DNA of 64,000 bases from Malacoraja senta (taxonomy: Eukaryota): assembly GCA_038087875.1 (NCBI GenBank), contig JAXLNO010000230.1, forward strand, positions 1 to 64,000. The letters are read 5' to 3'. How positions within the stretch are numbered: position 1 is the stretch's first letter; each line of letters begins with the position of its first letter. This document shows, in pieces, positions 51,544-64,000 of this stretch. The translations under genes were made by a program, and so were the position numbers. The notes beneath the pieces were generated by a model that saw only the letters and a list, made by a program, of their open reading frames with translations, ran no database searches and had not been told where the DNA came from.

Positions 51544-52163
51544 GGTTATTTCAGGTTGATGACTTCTCTGTAGAACATGATGAAAACCCAGTTAAAAACA
51601 ATGCTGGAGGTACTCAGCAATTCAGGCAGCATTTGTGCAGGCAAATAGACAGACAACATTTTGGGTGGGACCCTACTTCAGACTAATCAAGATTTCAGCC
51701 AGTAGTTTCTTGTGTTTCTTGTCTGAAGAAGGATCAAACCTGAAATCTCTCCATTTCCCTTCACAGATGCTGCCTGACCCACAGAGTTTCTCCAGTAGTT
51801 TGATTTCTTTACTCAAGATTTCAGCATCTGCAGTGTCTTGTGAACTCTGAAAAAATGTTGTCTATCCATTTCCCATTACAGATGTTGCCTGACTCACAGA
51901 ATTCTTCCATCAGTTTGTTTTGTAACACAATCTACTTTGTCTCCATGATGTAAGGCCAATATGACACCTTCAAATTCACTCACTTTTCTGTATCTGACAT
52001 GAATACCGTTGCAATATTGAATCAAAATTTTAGCCTAAGGTTGTGGCACAAATAACATCAATGCTTAATCCATTAAAGTGAATGTTATGTGTCTTCCTGT
52101 TCTGTTAAATAATATAGATTATCATTTTAATTTTAGGTAAAAGTCACACGTGCATTTGTCATC

Positions 52164-52307
52164 ATGGCAACAGAAGAAGCAGGGTCCCCATCAAAATCAT
52201 TGTGCAAAATCATGACCTTCCAGCCCACAATGGAAGAATTTAAGAATTTTTCTAAGTATGTTGCATACATGGAGTCTCAGGGTGCGCACAGAGCTGGCCT
52301 TGCTAAG
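52164..52307 (+). CDS. KDM4C: First coding exon of a KDM4-family lysine demethylase (JmjN domain), most like KDM4C; exon 52137-52307; rest of the gene not seen in the window
   Basis: [48 protein letters not shown]; acceptor TTTTAATTTTAG|G at 52136/7; donor AAG|GTAAGA at 52307/8. The 48-codon length and SP at residues 8-9 fit KDM4C. KDM4 family is near certain; the paralog is less so. Confidence 0.85.
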
Positions 52308-52364
52308 GTAAGAAATACATTCTCTTTTTTTCCCAGTATCAACGATCATTTCACTAGATCACAA

Positions 52365-52592
52365 GTTATAGGAGTAGAATTAGTCCTTTCGGCCCATCGA
52401 GTCTACTCCGCCACTCAATCATGGCTGATCTCTGCTTCCTAATCTAATTTTCCTTGCATCTCCCCATAACCCTTGACACCCGTTCTAATCAAGAATTTGT
52501 CTATCTCTGCCGTACAAATATCCACCGACTTGGCCTCCACAGCCCTCTGTGGCAATGAGTTCGACAGATTAACTACCCTCTGACTAAAGAAG
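52365..52592 (-). mobile_element. CR1 3' end fragment
   Basis: FFSQRVVNLSNSLPQRAVEA...GVKGYGE on the minus strand. Confidence 0.8.
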
Positions 52593-52965
52593 GTATGTAA
52601 TGCTTGGAGAAATTTTTGTCTATTGTAAATGCCAAAAATAAACAAATAATTGTTAGAATCTTTGCAGGAAAAATTGAAGTTTTGCACGTACAGTTAACAA
52701 GCAGCTTCCATTACCATGAAGCTAACTTTTAAGATGATCGATGTGTGGCTTGTGGTTTTGCATGCCTTATTTTGGTTTTACTACAGCAGACATTGAAAGT
52801 GATTATAAATAATTACACTAAGGTTTAGATGCTGAAGCAAGCTAATGCTGACTTCTTCCTGGAAAACATTTCACACATGTCAACCCAAAATGCATAAGAG
52901 CTTACACAACATAAGGTTCTGCAAATGCTGGAATCTTGAATAAAACACAAAAGTGCTGAAGTAAC

Positions 52966-55900
52966 GAAGTCGGAAAGAAGGGGATGAATATACTGCAGCG
53001 TGACTTTAGAGAGCTCGGAAAAATGCTGAAAAGCAGGACCTCCAGGGTTGTTATCTCCGGTTTGCTTCCAGTTCCTCGTGCTGGCGAGAGCAGGAACAGG
53101 GAGATACGAGACCTGAATGTGTGGCTGAGGAACTGGTGCACGGGGCAGGGGATTTAGATTCTTAGATCACTGGGATCTGTTTTGGAGTAAGGGGGAACTG
53201 TACAAAAGGGACGGATTGCATCTTAACAGGTTGGGGACCAGCATTCTGGCAGGCAGGTTTGCCACTGCTACACGGGTGGTTTTAAACTGAATAAGGGGGG
53301 TGGGGTGTCGAATGGGATAGTTGAGGATGGAGTTAAAGGGAAAGGGTTTCTTAAATGAGTGAGCGTAGAGACAGAGGGTTGTAAAATGAGGGTAGAAGCA
53401 ATAGGTAGCAAGGTGAAAAGTAAAAGTGGCAGGCAGACAAATCCAGGGCAAAAATCAAAAAGGGCCACTTTTCAACATAATTGTATAAGGGGTAAGAGTG
53501 TTGTAAGAACACGCCTGAAGGCTTTGTGTCTCAATGCAAGGAGCATTCGTAATAAGGTGGATGAGTTGAATGTGCAGATAGCTATTAATGACTATGATAT
53601 AGTTGGGATCACGGAGACATGGCTCCAGGGTAACCAAGGCTGGGAGCTGAACATCCAGGGATATTCAATATTCAGGAGGGATAGACAGAAAGGGAAAGGA
53701 GGTGGGGTAGCGTTGCTGGTTAGAGAGCAGATTAACGCAATAGAAAGGAAGGACATTAGCTTGGAGGATGTGGAATCGATATGGGTAGAGCTGCGAAACA
53801 CTAAGGGGCAGAAAACGCTAGTGGGAGTTGTGTACAGGCCACCTAACAGTAGTAGTGGAGTTGGGGATGGCATCAAACAGGAAATTAGAAATGCGTGCAA
53901 CAAAGGTAAAACAGTTATAATGGGTGACTTCAATCTACATATAGATTGGGTGAATCAAATTGGCAAGGGTGCTGAGGAAGAGGATTTCTTGGAATGTATG
54001 CGGGATAGTTTTCTAACCAACATGTAGAGGAACCAACGAGAGAGCAGGCTATTCTAGATTGGGTATTGAGTAATGAGGAAGGGTTAGTTAGCAGTCTTGT
54101 TGTGCGTGGCCCCTTGGGCAAGAGTGACCATAATATGGTTGAGTTCTTCATTAGGATGGAGAGTGACATTGTTAATTCAGAAACAAGGGTCCTGAACTTA
54201 AAGAAAGGTAACTTTGAGGGTATGAGAAGTGAATTGGCCAAGATAGACTGGCAATTGATTCTTAATGGGTTGACGGTAGATATGCAATGGAAGGCATTTA
54301 AAGATTGCATGGATGAACTACAACAATTGTTCATCCCAGTTTGGCAAAAAAATAAATCAGGGAAGGTAGTGCATCCATGGATGACAAGGGAAATCAGGGA
54401 TAGTATCAAAACAAAAGATGAAGCGTACAAATTAGCCAGAAAAAGCAGCCTACCAGAGGACTGGGAGAAATTCAGAGTCCAGCAGAGGAGGACAAAGGGC
54501 TTAATTAGGAAAGGGAAAATAGATTATGAAAGAAAACTGGCAGGGAACATAAAACTGACTGCAAAAGCTTTTATAGATATGTGAAGAGAAAAAGATTAGT
54601 TAAAACAAATGTAGGTCCCTTGCAGTCAGAAACAGGTGAATTGATCATGGGGAACAAGGACATGGCAGACCAATTGAATAACTACTTTGGTTCTGTCTTC
54701 ACTAAGGAAGACATAAATAATCTGCCGGAAATAGCAGGGGACCGGGGGTCAAATGAGATGGAGGAACTGAGTGAAATCCAGGTTAGCCGGGGAGTGGTGT
54801 TAGGTAAATTGAATGGATTAAAGGCCGATAAATCCCCAGGCTGCATCCCAGAGTACTTAAGGAAGTAGCCCCAGAACTCTTTAGATTCTGGAGTAGTTCC
54901 TGAGGATTGGAGGGTAGCTAATGTAACCCCACTTTTTAAAAAGGGAGGGAGAGAGAAAACGGGGAATTACAGACCAGTTAGTCTAACGTCGGTAGTGGGG
55001 AAACTGCTAGAATCAGTTATTAAAGATGGGATAGCAGCACATTTGGAAAGTGGTGAAATCATTGGACAAATTCAGCATGGATTTATGAAAGGTAAATCAT
55101 GTCTGACGAATCTTATAGAATTTTTCGAGGATGTAACTAGTAGAGTGGATTAGGGAGAACCAGTGGATGTGTTATATCTGGACTTTCAGAAGGCTTTCGA
55201 CAAGGTCCCACATAAGAGATTAGTATACAAACTTAAAGCACACGGTATTGGGGGTTCAGTATTGATGTGGATAGAGAACTGGCTGGCAGACAGGAAGCAA
55301 AGAGTCGGAGTAAACGGGTCCTTTTCACAATGGCAGGCATTGACTAGTGGGGTACCGCAAGGCTCAGTGCTGGGACCCCAGCTATTTACGATATATATTA
55401 ATGATTTGGACGAGGGAATTGAATGCAACATCTCCAAGTTTGCGGATGACACGAAGCTGGGGGGCAGTGTTAGCTGTGAGGAGGATGCTCGGAGGCTGCA
55501 AGGTGACTTGGAAAGGCTGGGTGAGTGGGCAAATGCATGGCAGATGCAGTATAATGTGGATAAATGTGAGGTTATCCACTTTGGGGGCAAATACAGGAAA
55601 GTAGACTATTATCTGAATGGTGGCCGATTACGAAAAAGGGAGATGCAACGAGACCTGGGTGTCATGGTACACCAGTCATTAAAAGTAGGCATGCAGGTGC
55701 AGCAGGCAGTGAAGAAGGCGAAAGGTATGTTGGCATTCATAGCAAAAGGATTTGAGTATAGGAGCAGGGAGGTTCTACTGCAGTTGTACAGGGGCTTGGT
55801 GAGACCACACCTGGAGTATTGCGTACAGTTTTGGTCTCCTAATCTGAGGAAAGACATTCTTGCCATAGAGGGAGTACAGAGAAGGTTCACCAGACTGATT

Positions 55901-56374
55901 CCTGGAATGTCAGCACTTTCATATGAAGAAAGTGGATAGACTCGGTTTGTACTCGCTAGAATTTAGAAGATTGAGGGGGGATCTTATAGAAACGTACAAA
56001 ATTCTTAAGGGGTTGGACAGGCTAGATGCAGGAAGATTGTTCCCGATGTTGGGGATGTCCAGAACAAGGGGTCACAGTTTAAGGATAAGGGGGAAATCTT
56101 TTAGGACCGAGATGAGGAAAACATTTTTCACACAGAGAGTGGTGAATCTCTGGAATTCTCTACCACAGAAGGTAGTTGAGGCCAGTTCATTGGCTATATT
56201 TAAGAGGGAGTTAGATGTGGCCCTTGTGGCTAGAGGGATCAGGGGGTATGGAGAGAAAGCAGGTACAGGATACTGAGTTGGATGATCAGCCATGATCATA
56301 TTGAATGGCGGTGCAGGCTCGAAGGGCCGAATGGCCTACTCCCGCACCTATTTTCTATGTTTCTATGTTTCTAT
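52966..56374 (+). mobile_element. Near-complete CR1 LINE: ORF1 C-terminus (SGNH esterase-like) plus ORF2 (APE and RT), frameshifted
   Basis: ORF1 piece RVVISGLLPVPR...DGLHLN; ORF2 LNARSI, GITETW, GGGVAL, YRPP, MGDFN, SDHN, KFADD; (TTCTATGT)n tail; GTAAC duplicated inside a Penelope tail. Confidence 0.96.
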
Positions 56375-56379
56375 GTAAC

Positions 56380-57235
56380 TTAGCAGGTCAGGCTGCATTT
56401 ATGGAGGGAATCGATAGGTGATGTTTCGGTTTGTGACCCTTCTTCAGACTGATTGTAGTAGGGGGAGAAAGCTGTAAAAAAGATGGCAGTTCAAAGCCTG
56501 GCATATGATTGATAGGAACAGGTGATGATGGTTTTGAATGGTAGATGAGTGGGCAAAGGCCAGAGATGAAAAGGCGACAAAAGGTGTGAGTTGAGAAGAG
56601 GAATATAGCCAGAGGGAGGGTTACAGGTGGAAGGAAAAGATGGGGTTTGGGGAGGGCGGGTTAGGACAGTGGTAGAAATGGGTGCATACCAGGGTGGAGG
56701 GGCATGGGAAAGAGAGAGGGGGAAGGGGGGTTGTTTCTTAAAATTGGAGAATTCAACGTTCAGACCATTCAGTTGTAAACCACCCAAATAGGATATGAGG
56801 TAATGTCCCTCCAGTTTACGTGTGGCTTCAGTCTAACAATGGAGGAGGTCCAGGACCGAAAGGTTCGTATGGGAAAGGAATTTAAAATGATTAGCAATGG
56901 GCAGGTCCAGCAAGCCTTGGCAAACAGAGGGCATGTTGGACAAAATGGTTGCCTAGTCTGTTTCGGTCATGCCGATGTAAATGAGACTGCACCGGGAGCA
57001 CTGAATGCAGTGGGTGAGGTTGGAAGAACTGCATGTGAATTTCTTTCTCATCAGGAAGGGCTGCTGGGGTCCCTGGATGGAGGTGAGGAAAAAGGTGTTG
57101 CATCTCTAACAGTTGTAGGGGAGGTGGTGGTTTGCATGGGAAGGGATGAGTGAATCAAGGAGTTGCAGAGGGAGTGGTCTCTGGTAAGCTAAAGGGGTGG
57201 GGATGGGAAGATGCGACTAGGGCTGGGATCACATT
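56380..57235 (-). mobile_element. Decayed Penelope-like fragment
   Basis: Reverse-complement similarity to the tail and GIY-YIG region of 13400-14030. Confidence 0.7.
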
Positions 57236-57244
57236 TAAAAGATA

Positions 57245-57985
57245 CAAGTGCTCCTCAAGAGTATACAAGTGATTCTCAAAGATTGGATTGCTGGTGATCC
57301 CGATCCCCCCTGGCGATCTCTGGCCATCACGGGGGGGCGACCTCCTCTCCGTCTCCCCTGCCCGATTGTCTGTCACGCGGTTGGGTGGGCTTCCCCTCGC
57401 GGAATCCACGATCGGCCGGGCCTCCGAACGACGGCTGGGTGAGTGTGAGGAGCTGTGGGACGTGGTGGAGGCCCGTGAGGCTGATCAGCTCTGGCCCTTC
57501 CGCTCCTATTGAGGCTAGGCGAGGCCGTGTGGTTACTCTTTGGGCTGCCACACCTGTGTTTCTTGCTCTTCTTGCTTCTTTCTTCTTGCTCTTTGACTTG
57601 GACTGTGACCTACTTTTTTTAGAACTTTTTTTTCTTTCTGTCCTTTGACTGAGCATTGGGACTAGTTGACCGGCCTCGGCTCCGAGCTTTCTTCTTCTTT
57701 TAGGGCCCACAGTCGCTGATACTTCTTCTTCATGCATGGAGAGTGGTCCTGGTGGCTTGAGTCCCTCCATTTTTACTCTGACACCATGTAATGTCTGCTG
57801 TATGATCCTGTTGTGGCTAGCGCAATGAATACGCATCCGAAATCTTGTAAGAAGAGTTTATTTCCCACCAACTAACAGAATCTTCTAGAAGGTCACTTGA
57901 CCTCAGTCTCGAGGCACTGGCCAACTCGCCAGCTTGTGTTCCTGGCCTCAAGGGGCGCTGGCATTTACATTACATTTACATTACA
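57245..57985 (-). mobile_element. Gypsy-like LTR retrotransposon 5' portion: LTR (57787-57985), PBS (57775-57786), Gag-like start (ATG 57770)
   Basis: LTR bounded by inverted TGTAATGT...ACATTACA with an internal AATAAA. It is followed directly by TGGTGTCAGAGT (complementary to a tRNA-Leu 3' end) and MEGLKPPGPLSM, which resembles a Gypsy Gag N-terminus. Confidence 0.8.
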
Positions 57986-60900
57986 CAACCTAAGCTATGT
58001 TCTGAATCAAAAAGCAAACCTTTGATTGCAAATTAATTGCTTAATAAAATAAAATCTTTAAAAAATATGTGATTGGACAATTACCCTCCTGAAGTTGGAG
58101 ATAGAAGAATCGAGGGCAGTTAATGGGCATGAAAAGAAAGTAGATAACAAGTGGACAAATAGCCTGATGGCATTGGTCTGAGAACTAGTAAAAAATATGA
58201 TGGTCTGAATTACCTGTATTGCAAGGAAATAAGAGATATGAAAATAATACTTTTGCTTAGTTCCTCATGTCCTCCTATAATCCCCCTCTCCTTCCCCTTT
58301 GCCCATTTTCATTGATGCAGTGGTAGAATGTGGAGGGAGGTATCTGGCACTGGCAGCAGGAATTCATTGCTATATGTTGACTTTAGTGCTGGACTAGTGG
58401 GAGTACCCATGGGAAAATGGTGGAGGGAAGGAGGATTTGGCTTAAGACCAAGATGTGTACTGTACGTATTTGTATGTTGCTTAATTTTATGTGCCTGTGC
58501 TGCTTCTGCAAGTGATTTTTTTGTTGTACCTGTGCCTCTCGCATAATTGTTCATATGACAAATTTAACGACTTTTAGCGGTGTGGTTCCCAAGCTTATTT
58601 GACGGAGATTAACCAGTCATTTCCTATCACATTATGTGCAGCCTAAAATAGATGAATAAAAAAGACACAAATAATGAAAGATAAATCAATATATTGAAGG
58701 AAAACAAGGGAAAAAGGGTCTCGACCCAAAACGTCACTCATTCCTTCTCTCCAGGGATGCTGCCTGTCCCGCTGAGTTACTCCAGCAATTTGTGTCTACC
58801 TTTGAAAACATATGTATGATACACTTCGATGGATTGTCACCAAAATTGGAATGGAATGGAATACTTTATTGTCACATGTGACAAGGCACAGTGAAACTCT
58901 TTGCTTGCATACCCAATGTATACAAATAGTGGCCATCTACAGCGCTGACATATTATAACAATCAAGACTTGGAATTTGCTTTCTAGAGTCTATATTTCTT
59001 GTTTGGATACCCCTTCTGTCCCACACTTATTCAGATCCATCAGATTAAAGTTGCTGGCCAAGAACTTTCAGGACCTCTTGTGTGAGATCCTGCATGCCAA
59101 TGTTCCCAGCAATGCTCTGTGAGCTACCCATGACATTTTGAAGAATTGAAAAGTATTAAAAGTGAAATAAATAAAACATTCTGAGAAGTGTTTAACCTTT
59201 TTAAAGTACAATTACATAACACTTTTAAATAAGAGCATTATTACAGACAGTATTTATAAAATGTAACCATTTTATTACAGTATGTTTTTATTTTTTCATG
59301 TGGACACAGCCAGCAACTTCAATATTAATTGCCCATTCCTAATCTCCCCTGAATTGAGGAGAGTCAACCTCTCGTCACATTGGGGTCAGGCCAGGAATGG
59401 ACAGCAAAATTATTTCCCTGTACCGTTTTAGTACGCCAGATTGATTTTTGCAACAATCCAGTGCTTTTGTTCTTGGGATAATTGAGACTTGCCTTCTTTC
59501 TCCCTTGTAGCTCTAAAATGAATGGGGTTGATATTCCTTTGTTAAGTTCCAACCTGACACACAATCAAATAACTTAAGTGCTCTGTCATGGAACTCCATG
59601 GGGAGTTCAACCATTAGAGCATGCTGACAGATTCTGTCAAGAATCTGACAAATAAATGCTTTCACTTTGCTAATGTTTTACTGCTAAGGTTCTCATTGAA
59701 TGATTGCTTTCCATCAGTTTTAACTAGGGAAGCCAATAACAAGAACAACTTGTATTTATAATGTCAGCTTCAAAGTCGTAAAATGTCCAAACGAGTTTAC
59801 ATGAATTTTACGAGCCAAATTTAATACCAAGCCCAGTATAGAAAAATGAGGGAAAGCATTTGAAAGTAAGTTTTAATGAGCATTTTAAAGGAGAAAAGAA
59901 GCCAAATAATTTTGAGAGGAAGTTGCAGAATATTAATCTTGTGGATGTGACAGATTATCAATAGGATGATTAAAATTTTGGGATATTTAAAATAGCCAGA
60001 ATTGGAGGGTCGTAGATATTGCTGCCTGAAGGAGATCATAAAAAAGAAGACACGGGAAGGCCATGGATGTGTTTGAAAGAATTAGATGATAATTTTAAAT
60101 TTAAGGTGTTGCTCAATGGGAACCAACGTACATCTTTGGGCAGAGGCATGAATGGGAGCAGCAAGGTTTTGGATGAAGATGCATTTCAGGAGGGATGAAT
60201 GTGGGAAGCCGGGTGATTACAAACAGTGCATAAACCAATGAGCTGAGCCTTGGGTCAAGTCAGTTGACAATGTGGAGGCAGGAAGTATTCAGCCTTAAGC
60301 TCATCTATGATCATCAATATTTAGGTTTAAATTTATTATTGTCCCATGTATCAATATACAGTCAAAAGCTTTGTTTCGCAAGCTATCCAAACAGATCAGA
60401 TATACCATAATTAAATACAAACAAATGAAACTCAAGTGCAATAGATAGAATACAGGGGACAATGTTGGCTAATTTTCTGAGGCAGCCTCAAGTGTAGACT
60501 GAGTCAATGGTGGGAAGTCTGGTCTGTGTGATAGAGTGGGCTACATCAACAATTCTCTGCAATTTCTTGGGGTCTTGGGCAGAGCTGTTCCCAAACCGAG
60601 CTGTGATGCAATCCGACCGTACTTTTTCTGATGCATCTGTAGATGTTAGTAAGAGTCATTGGAGACATGCCAAATTTTCTCAAATGTGATGTTGATAATT
60701 TCTATATTAAATATAGAAAAAAGTTATAGAAGATATTTTGGATAGAAACAAAGCAAATTAATGAACTGATCAAACAGAGAGAGTGCATGGCCCCTGAGCC
60801 AGATGCTGGCATTCTTGTATGTTTAGGGATATAAGGCAGAGGCAATAGAAGAATGATTACATAAACATGAAAGTTATTTTTAGAAAAGAGTGTCATACAA

Positions 60901-61202
60901 GAGGGCTGGTGGATATTTAATGGAGTGATTGAAGAAGCCAGGAATCTATAAGCCAAATAGCCTTTGCTGACTTACTATTTGGAGGACGTGTTTGTCCCAG
61001 GAAGCAGAATGGATAGCAAGCTGGCTACAGAAGAAAAAACGATGAGTAGATTTAACCATAGTCGATTAGACTAACAGAATATGGACAGTGTGCAGAAGGA
61101 TTAGTGCTGAAACCATTGTTACTCATTGTTTGTACTAATGATTGAGGAATGGGAGCTTAATTTAAAAATTGGATTAAATGCCAAATTGTTGGGTCTATTT
61201 GA

Positions 61203-63753
61203 TTTAAACAGCAGGAGTTAAAACTGGCATGTAACAAAGGTAATGCCACTGTGGTGATAGGGGATTTCAATATGCAGGTAGACTGGGAAAATCAGGTTGG
61301 TTCAGGACCCCAAGAAAGAGAGTTTGTAGAATGCCTCCGAGATGGATTCTTAGAGCAGCTTGTAATGGAGCCGACCAGAGAAAAGGCAATTCTGGATTTA
61401 GTGTTGTCCAATGAACCAGATATGATAAGAGAACTCGAGGTAAAGGAACCACTTGGAGGTAGTGATCATAATATGATTAGTTTTAACCTGCAATTTGAGA
61501 AGGAGAACGTTAAATCGGAAGTGGCAGTGATGCAGTTGAACAAAGGGGACTATGAAGGCATGAGAGGGGAGCCGGCCAAAGTAGACTGGAAAGGGATCCT
61601 AGCAGGAATGACGGTGGAACAGCAATGGCAGGAATTTCTGGGCATAATCCGGGAGACGCAGGATCATTTCATTCCAAAAAGGAAGAAAGATTCTAAGGGG
61701 AGTAGGAGGCAACCGTGGCTGACAAGAGAAGTTAGGGATAGAATAAAACTAAAAGAAAAGATGTATAACACAGCAAAGAGTAGCCGGAAGCCAGAGGATT
61801 GGGAAACTTTCATAGGACAACAGAAGGAAACAAAACGGGCAATACGGGCTGAAAAGATGAAGTACGAGGGGAAGATGGCCAGGAATATAAAGAAGGGCAG
61901 TAAAAGCTTCTTTAGATATGTTAAGGGGAAAAGAGTAGCAAAGTCAAATGTGGGTCCCTTGAAGGGAGACACGGGTGAAATTATTATGGGCAACAAGGAA
62001 ATGGCAGAAGAGTTGAATAGGTACTTCGGATCTGTCTTCACTAAGGAAGACACAAACAATCTCCCAGATGTACTGGAGGCCAGAGGATCTAAGGGGGTAG
62101 AGGAACTGAAATAAATTTTCATTAGGCGAGAAATAGTATTGGGTAGGCTAATGGGACTAAAGGATGATAAATCCCCTGGGCCTGATGGTCTGCATCCCAG
62201 GGTCCTCAGGGAGGTGGCTCTAGAAATAGTGGACGCATTGGTGATCATTTTCCAATGTTCAATAGATTCAGGATCAGTTCCTGTGGATTGGAGGATAGCT
62301 AATGTTATCCCACTTTTCAAGAAAGGAGCGAGAGAGAAAACTGGGAATTACAGACCAGTTAGCCTGACTTCGGTGGTGGGAAAGATGCTGGAGTCAATTA
62401 TTAAAGAGGTAATAATGGGGCATTTGGATAGCGGTAAAAGGATTAGTCCAAGTCAACACAGATTTATGAAAGGGAAATCATGCTTGACTAATCTTCTGGA
62501 ATTTTTTGAGGATGTGACAAGTAAAATGGGTGACGGGGTGCCAGTGGATGTAGTGTATCTAGACTTTCAGAAAGCCTTTGATAAGGTCCCGCACGGGAGA
62601 CTGGTGACTAAAATTAGAGCACATGGTATTGGGGGTAGGGTGTTGACATGGATAAAAAATTGTTTTGCAGACCGGAAGCAAAGAGTAGGAGTGAACGGGC
62701 CCTTTTCAGAATGGCAGGCAGTGGCGAGTGGAGTGCCGCAAAGCTCGGTGTTGGGGCCGCAACTGTTTACCATATATATTAATGATTTGGAAGAGGGAAT
62801 TAGGAGCAACACTAGCAAGTTTGCGGATGACACAAAGCTGGGTGGCAGTGTGAACTGTGAAGAGGATGTTAGGAGGTTGCAGGGTGACCTGGACAGGTTG
62901 AGTGAGTGGGCAGATGCATGGCAGATGCAGTATAATATAGATAAATGTGAGGTTATCCACTTTGGCGGCAAAAACAAGGGGGCAGATTATTATCTCAATG
63001 GGGATAGGTTAGGTAAGGGGGAGGTACAGCGAGACCTGGGTGTCCTTGTACACCGGTCACTGAAAGTTGGCGTGCAGGTACAGCAGGCAGTGAAGAAAGC
63101 TAATGGAATGTTGGCCTTCATAACAAGAGGATTTCAGTATAGGAGTAAAGAGGTTCTTCTGCAGTTGTATAGGGCTCTGGTGAGACCACATCTGGAGTAT
63201 TGTGTACAGTTTTGGTCTCCTAAATTGAGGAAGGACATCCTTGTGATTGAGGCAGTGCAGCGTAGGTTCACGAGATTGATCCCTGAGATGGCGGGACTGT
63301 CATATGAGGAAAGATTGAAAAGACTAGGCTTGTATTCACTGGAGTTTAGAAGGATGAGGGGGATCTTATAGAAACATATAAAATTATAAAAGGACTAGAC
63401 AAGCTAGATGCAGGAAAAATGTTCCCAATGTTGGGCGAGTCCAGAACCAGGGGTCACAGTCTTAGAATAAAGGGGAGGTCATTTATGACTGAGGTGAGAA
63501 AAAACATTTTCACCCAGAGAGTTGTGAATTTATGGAATTCCCTGCCACAGAGGGCAGTGGAGGCCAAATCACTGGATGGATTTAAGAGAGTTAGATAGAG
63601 CTCTAGGGGCTAGTGGAGTCAAGGGATATGGGGAGAAGGCAGGCACGGGTTATTGATAGGGGACGATGAGCCATGATCACAATAAATGGCGGTGCTGGCT
63701 CGAAGGGCCGAATGGCCTCCTCCTGCACCTATTTTCTATGTTTCTATGTTTCT
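61203..63753 (+). mobile_element. 5'-truncated CR1 LINE of a second subfamily
   Basis: ORFs 61251-62114 and 62139-63371 (GDFN, SDHN, KSPGPDG, NYRPVSLT, KFADD); (TTCTATGT)n tail. 5' boundary approximate. Confidence 0.95.
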
Positions 63754-64000
63754 AATGCCACAAAACGCACACATGCAGTTAAAATGGGGTATATAGTAGG
63801 CAAATAATTTTCAATGTGTAAAAAAGTAATCTTTTAGGAAGAATAAAATGGCTTGTTTATGTGATATTTCCAAGGATGGTGGAGGAGCAAAGGGACCCAA
63901 GGGTAAGCATTCACAAATTACTGAAAGTAATATTGCATGTTAATAAGATAATTAGACTAAAAGTGAGTCCACCTGCCCTCTTGTTACTATCTGTGCCAGC

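Noticed and set aside
52308..52442. Extension of the KDM4 ORF to 92 aa
   Set aside because: Homology ends at GLAK, where a canonical donor lies; the rest is intron and a CR1 fragment.
57155..57836. Endogenous non-retroviral virus (basic capsid or nucleoprotein-like) reading of the Arg/Ser-rich ORFs
   Set aside because: The adjacent LTR, tRNA PBS and Gag-like start explain the locus better, and no viral motif was recognised.
61241..61249. TAATGCCAC as TSD of the last CR1 (also present after its tail)
   Set aside because: The left copy lies within CR1-like coding sequence (ACNKGNATVVIGDFN), so the boundary is ambiguous and the TSD is not asserted.
3477..62977. Recurrent antisense ORFs such as MPPKWITSHLSTLYCICH and MNLLCTPSMA
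   Set aside because: Shadow frames of CR1 RT copies, not independent genes.

Overview
Eukaryotic, repeat-dense vertebrate DNA. The HE1/V-SINE, CR1 and Penelope repeat content points to a cartilaginous fish, probably a skate or ray (inference). The only recognisable host gene is a KDM4-family histone demethylase, most like KDM4C, on the + strand. It has a putative CpG-island promoter and non-coding exon 1 at about 16.6-17.1 kb, an intron of about 35 kb, and the ATG-bearing JmjN exon at 52137-52307. Nearly everything else is transposon-derived and often nested: CR1, L1, Rex1/Babar, Penelope (GIY-YIG), a DIRS1-type tyrosine-recombinase retrotransposon with intact termini, a Gypsy 5' LTR with PBS, non-autonomous Helitrons, and Harbinger-, hAT- and Tc1-like elements. 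Three things stand out: (i) two 28-32 bp TIR-only palindromes, each with a perfect 8-bp TSD, that look like P-element-type excision footprints; (ii) many short Penelope-derived units carrying a minimal hammerhead-ribozyme-like motif, several inserted as TSD-flanked inverted pairs; (iii) an 11.4-kb nested insertion that splits a GC-rich array just upstream of the putative KDM4 promoter. Family assignments come from motif recognition only; no database search was run.
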